This document shows, piece after piece, positions 61,921 to 64,000 of a DNA stretch of 64,000 nucleotides (its first letter is position 1; every line of letters begins with the position of its first letter). Position numbers and translations under genes: made by a program. The stretch spans positions 11,166 to 75,165 of the forward strand of contig JAZODU010000042.1 in assembly GCA_045597145.1 (NCBI GenBank), read 5' to 3'. The notes under the pieces were generated by a model. That model saw nothing but the letters and a program-made list of their open reading frames with translations. It had not been told where the DNA came from and did not search any database. The stretch comes from Eubacteriales bacterium. Lineage in GTDB: Bacteria; Bacillota; Clostridia; Oscillospirales; CAG-272.

Positions 61921-62025
61921 ATGAAATTGATGTATGAAGAGCCGCAGGCAGAGATCATTCGCCTGGCAGACGAGGACGTTTTGAGGACCTCCGACGAGGA
62001 GGACTACTGGACGCCGTTCGTTTGA
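61921..62025 (+). CDS. 34-aa peptide MKLMYEEPQAEIIRLADEDVLRTSDEEDYWTPFV
   Basis: Manual translation (below the ORF-track cutoff); SD CGGAG; followed by a hairpin; tail matches the upstream gene's tail. Confidence 0.75.
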   Translation: MKLMYEEPQAEIIRLADEDVLRTSDEEDYWTPFV

Positions 62026-62039
62026 GAATAAACGAGCAA

Positions 62040-62077
62040 CACGGGGAGAAAACCTTTTGAACGGTTTTCTCCCCGTG
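62040..62077 (+). terminator. Hairpin related to family A; likely terminator
   Basis: CACGGGGAGAAAACC-ttttgaac-GGTTTTCTCCCCGTG followed by TTT. Confidence 0.7.
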
Positions 62078-62253
62078 TTTCATCTCCTACCCCCAAAAAG
62101 GGGGACGGAGAGGGCGGCTCGGCAGGGGCAGTATGTTCCACTAACCCGTAGGGCGGGTGCTTGTCCCAGCCGTATTTATTAGGTGTTGTGAACAATTTTT
62201 GCGGCGGCTTTTGTGGCAAATTGCCAAAAAAATGGGGCAGGACGGAATTTTAC

Positions 62254-62282
62254 TTGACAAAGTGGGGCAAAAAGGGTATAAT
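62254..62282 (+). promoter_or_regulatory. Consensus sigma-A promoter
   Basis: TTGACA-17-TATAAT. Confidence 0.8.
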
Positions 62283-62335
62283 TAAACTATATCGAGAAAA
62301 ATCTCAGAAATTTCACATAAAAGGAGATTGATTCC

Positions 62336-62584
62336 ATGAAAAACGTTATGACGAAATGCCTGGTTCTCCTGCTTGTTCTTTGCATGGCAGTTATGATCGT
62401 TGCCTGCAACGGCGGCGAGGGCGACACGACGAAGGAAAAGGGCACGACGCAAGGCCCCGGTCCGATTGTTCCCGACGGCGAGCCGACCACCGGCGGCGGT
62501 AGCAGCGATGTTACGCCCGATCCTCTTGATCCGCTTCCCGGGGGTGACCCCAACCGCGATCCCGGTAAGCCTGATCCGTTCTGA
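62336..62584 (+). CDS. 82-aa disordered lipoprotein ending in DPGKPDPF
   Basis: SD AAAGGAG; lipobox IVAC; G/P/T/D-rich body. Confidence 0.78.
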   Translation: MKNVMTKCLVLLLVLCMAVMIVACNGGEGDTTKEKGTTQGPGPIVPDGEPTTGGGSSDVTPDPLDPLPGGDPNRDPGKPDPF

Positions 62585-62655
62585 TTTTGATCTTATATGC
62601 GCCGAGCCACAGAGCTGTGGCTCGGCGCGTGTTGCTTTTAGGAAGGAGATTCATT

Positions 62656-64000
62656 GTGAAAAAACATATTTTGCGCGCGCTTTCCGCCGTGCTGATACTT
62701 GCCATCACGATCCCGATGCCGCTGCTCTGCGCGTCTGCGGACGCGGTCAGCGTGGGCGGCGAGATGGTCAATGTTGGCGACGGCGAGGCGCAGGTAACGC
62801 TCGGTGCGGCTGACGCAAAGCTGCTGTACACAACCGTGACGCTCGCTGACGGCACACGCTACACCACCGCAGACACGGCGATCGACACGCAGGAGGATAT
62901 GCAGATCGACGCGAAATACGTCAAGCTCGCAACCCTCACCTCTCCCGAGGCGCGCCTCTGCATGCCGCTGGGGCTTCGCTACGTAACCGCGCTTTCTGCC
63001 GCAGACTATGCGGCACTGGCGGCTGACGAGAGCGTCAAGGAGATCCGCGTGGGCACGCTGATTGCCCCCGAGGAGACCGTGCGCCGCGTGGGCGGCATGA
63101 CCAAGGTGCTGCTTGCGGACGAGGTCTATATCGACGTTCCCGCAACGGCGGGCATGTGGTATGACGAGAGTGATGACACCGTGTTCTTCGCGGGCTCGAT
63201 CGTGGATATCAAGGAAGAGCATTACAACCTTGCGCTCGTGGGCGTAGGCTACGTTGAGGTCGAGCTGGAGGACGGCTCGGTCTACACGGTCTACGGCGCA
63301 CAGTCGGACGACCTGATCGCTTCCGGCATCGCAACGGAGGCGAAGATCACGCTGCGCGACGCGACGCTCGACAAGTCCGAGCAATACTACATGAACGTCT
63401 TTGCAGACGCATTTGACGGCGACATGGAAATGCTTTACAATCGTGATTTTACAGGGCTGAACGTGCTGGCTATCGGTGATAACCTGTTCAGCGGCGCGTT
63501 CGAAACGATCGGCGACAAGGTTTGGGTCAACCTGCTGGGCAAAAAATACGGCTGGAATCTGACCAACCTCGGCATCAGCGGCGCGGCGGTTTCTTACGAC
63601 TCCGACCGCACGGCGACCAATGCCTCGATGTACGGGCTGCTGATGAACGACGCAGACTACAAGTTCGGTTCGCCCTCCTACTACAACGCAGGCAACCCCT
63701 CGGGCAACCCCGAGGACGTGGATCTGATCCTGCTTGAGGGCGGCAGCAACGACTACGATCCGAAGGTGGGCGCGCCGCAGGGCACGGTTGCTTCTACGGA
63801 TCCCGCAGATTTTCTTGGCGCGTGGCGGCTGATGACCGATGAGCTGCTCCACCGATACCCCAACGCGACGATCGTGTTTGTGACCGCGTGGGAGAACGTC
63901 AACCAGACGCGCGAGGACGGCGCGAATTCGATCATTTACACCTCCGCGGTCAAGAATCTGTATAGATATGCGTACAAAAACAATGCGCGCGTCTATATGA
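62656..64000 (+). CDS. Secreted protein with GLRF-type domain plus SGNH/GDSL-fold domain (partial, runs off window)
   Basis: Manual translation from GTG after AGGAAGGAG: MKKHILRALSAVLILA...; LGLRY, RVGTLI, FFAGSIVDI; VLAIGDNL, NLGISG, EGGSND. Confidence 0.85.
   Translation, partial: MKKHILRALSAVLILAITIPMPLLCASADAVSVGGEMVNVGDGEAQVTLGAADAKLLYTTVTLADGTRYTTADTAIDTQEDMQIDAKYVKLATLTSPEARLCMPLGLRYVTALSAADYAALAADESVKEIRVGTLIAPEETVRRVGGMTKVLLADEVYIDVPATAGMWYDESDDTVFFAGSIVDIKEEHYNLALVGVGYVEVELEDGSVYTVYGAQSDDLIASGIATEAKITLRDATLDKSEQYYMNVFADAFDGDMEMLYNRDFTGLNVLAIGDNLFSGAFETIGDKVWVNLLGKKYGWNLTNLGISGAAVSYDSDRTATNASMYGLLMNDADYKFGSPSYYNAGNPSGNPEDVDLILLEGGSNDYDPKVGAPQGTVASTDPADFLGAWRLMTDELLHRYPNATIVFVTAWENVNQTREDGANSIIYTSAVKNLYRYAYKNNARVYM

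Overview
Origin-of-replication region of a moderately high-GC Firmicute (Clostridia-like, judged from gene content and the dnaA-dnaN-recF-remB-gyrB order). It carries dnaA and a clear oriC (DnaA boxes plus a B. subtilis-like DnaA-trio unwinding element), copA, an mnmG-rsmG-parA-parB-serS block with four parS sites, ahcY, alr and a glycogen operon led by a degenerate GlgB. It also has an AT-rich HindVP-like restriction-modification pair and a nucleoside hydrolase/ribokinase/AraC unit. From about 38.7 kb to the end is a surface-protein locus: six GH31 paralogues (one broken, one with a substituted acid/base), a BspA-type LRR lipoprotein, an orphan solute-binding lipoprotein, two tiny stalk lipoproteins, a 34-aa peptide and an SGNH-like protein. 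The most novel-looking signal is at 57-64 kb. There, two short C-terminal motifs (W-T-P-[WF]-V and D-P-x3-D-[IP]-F) are each shared by unrelated neighbouring proteins, and two secreted enzymes share an unannotated domain, which suggests a peptide-tag docking, sorting or processing system (inference). Intergenic regions hold about 11 copies of a structured repeat with covarying stems. No rRNA, tRNA, CRISPR or transposase was seen. All calls are by eye; no database searches were run.
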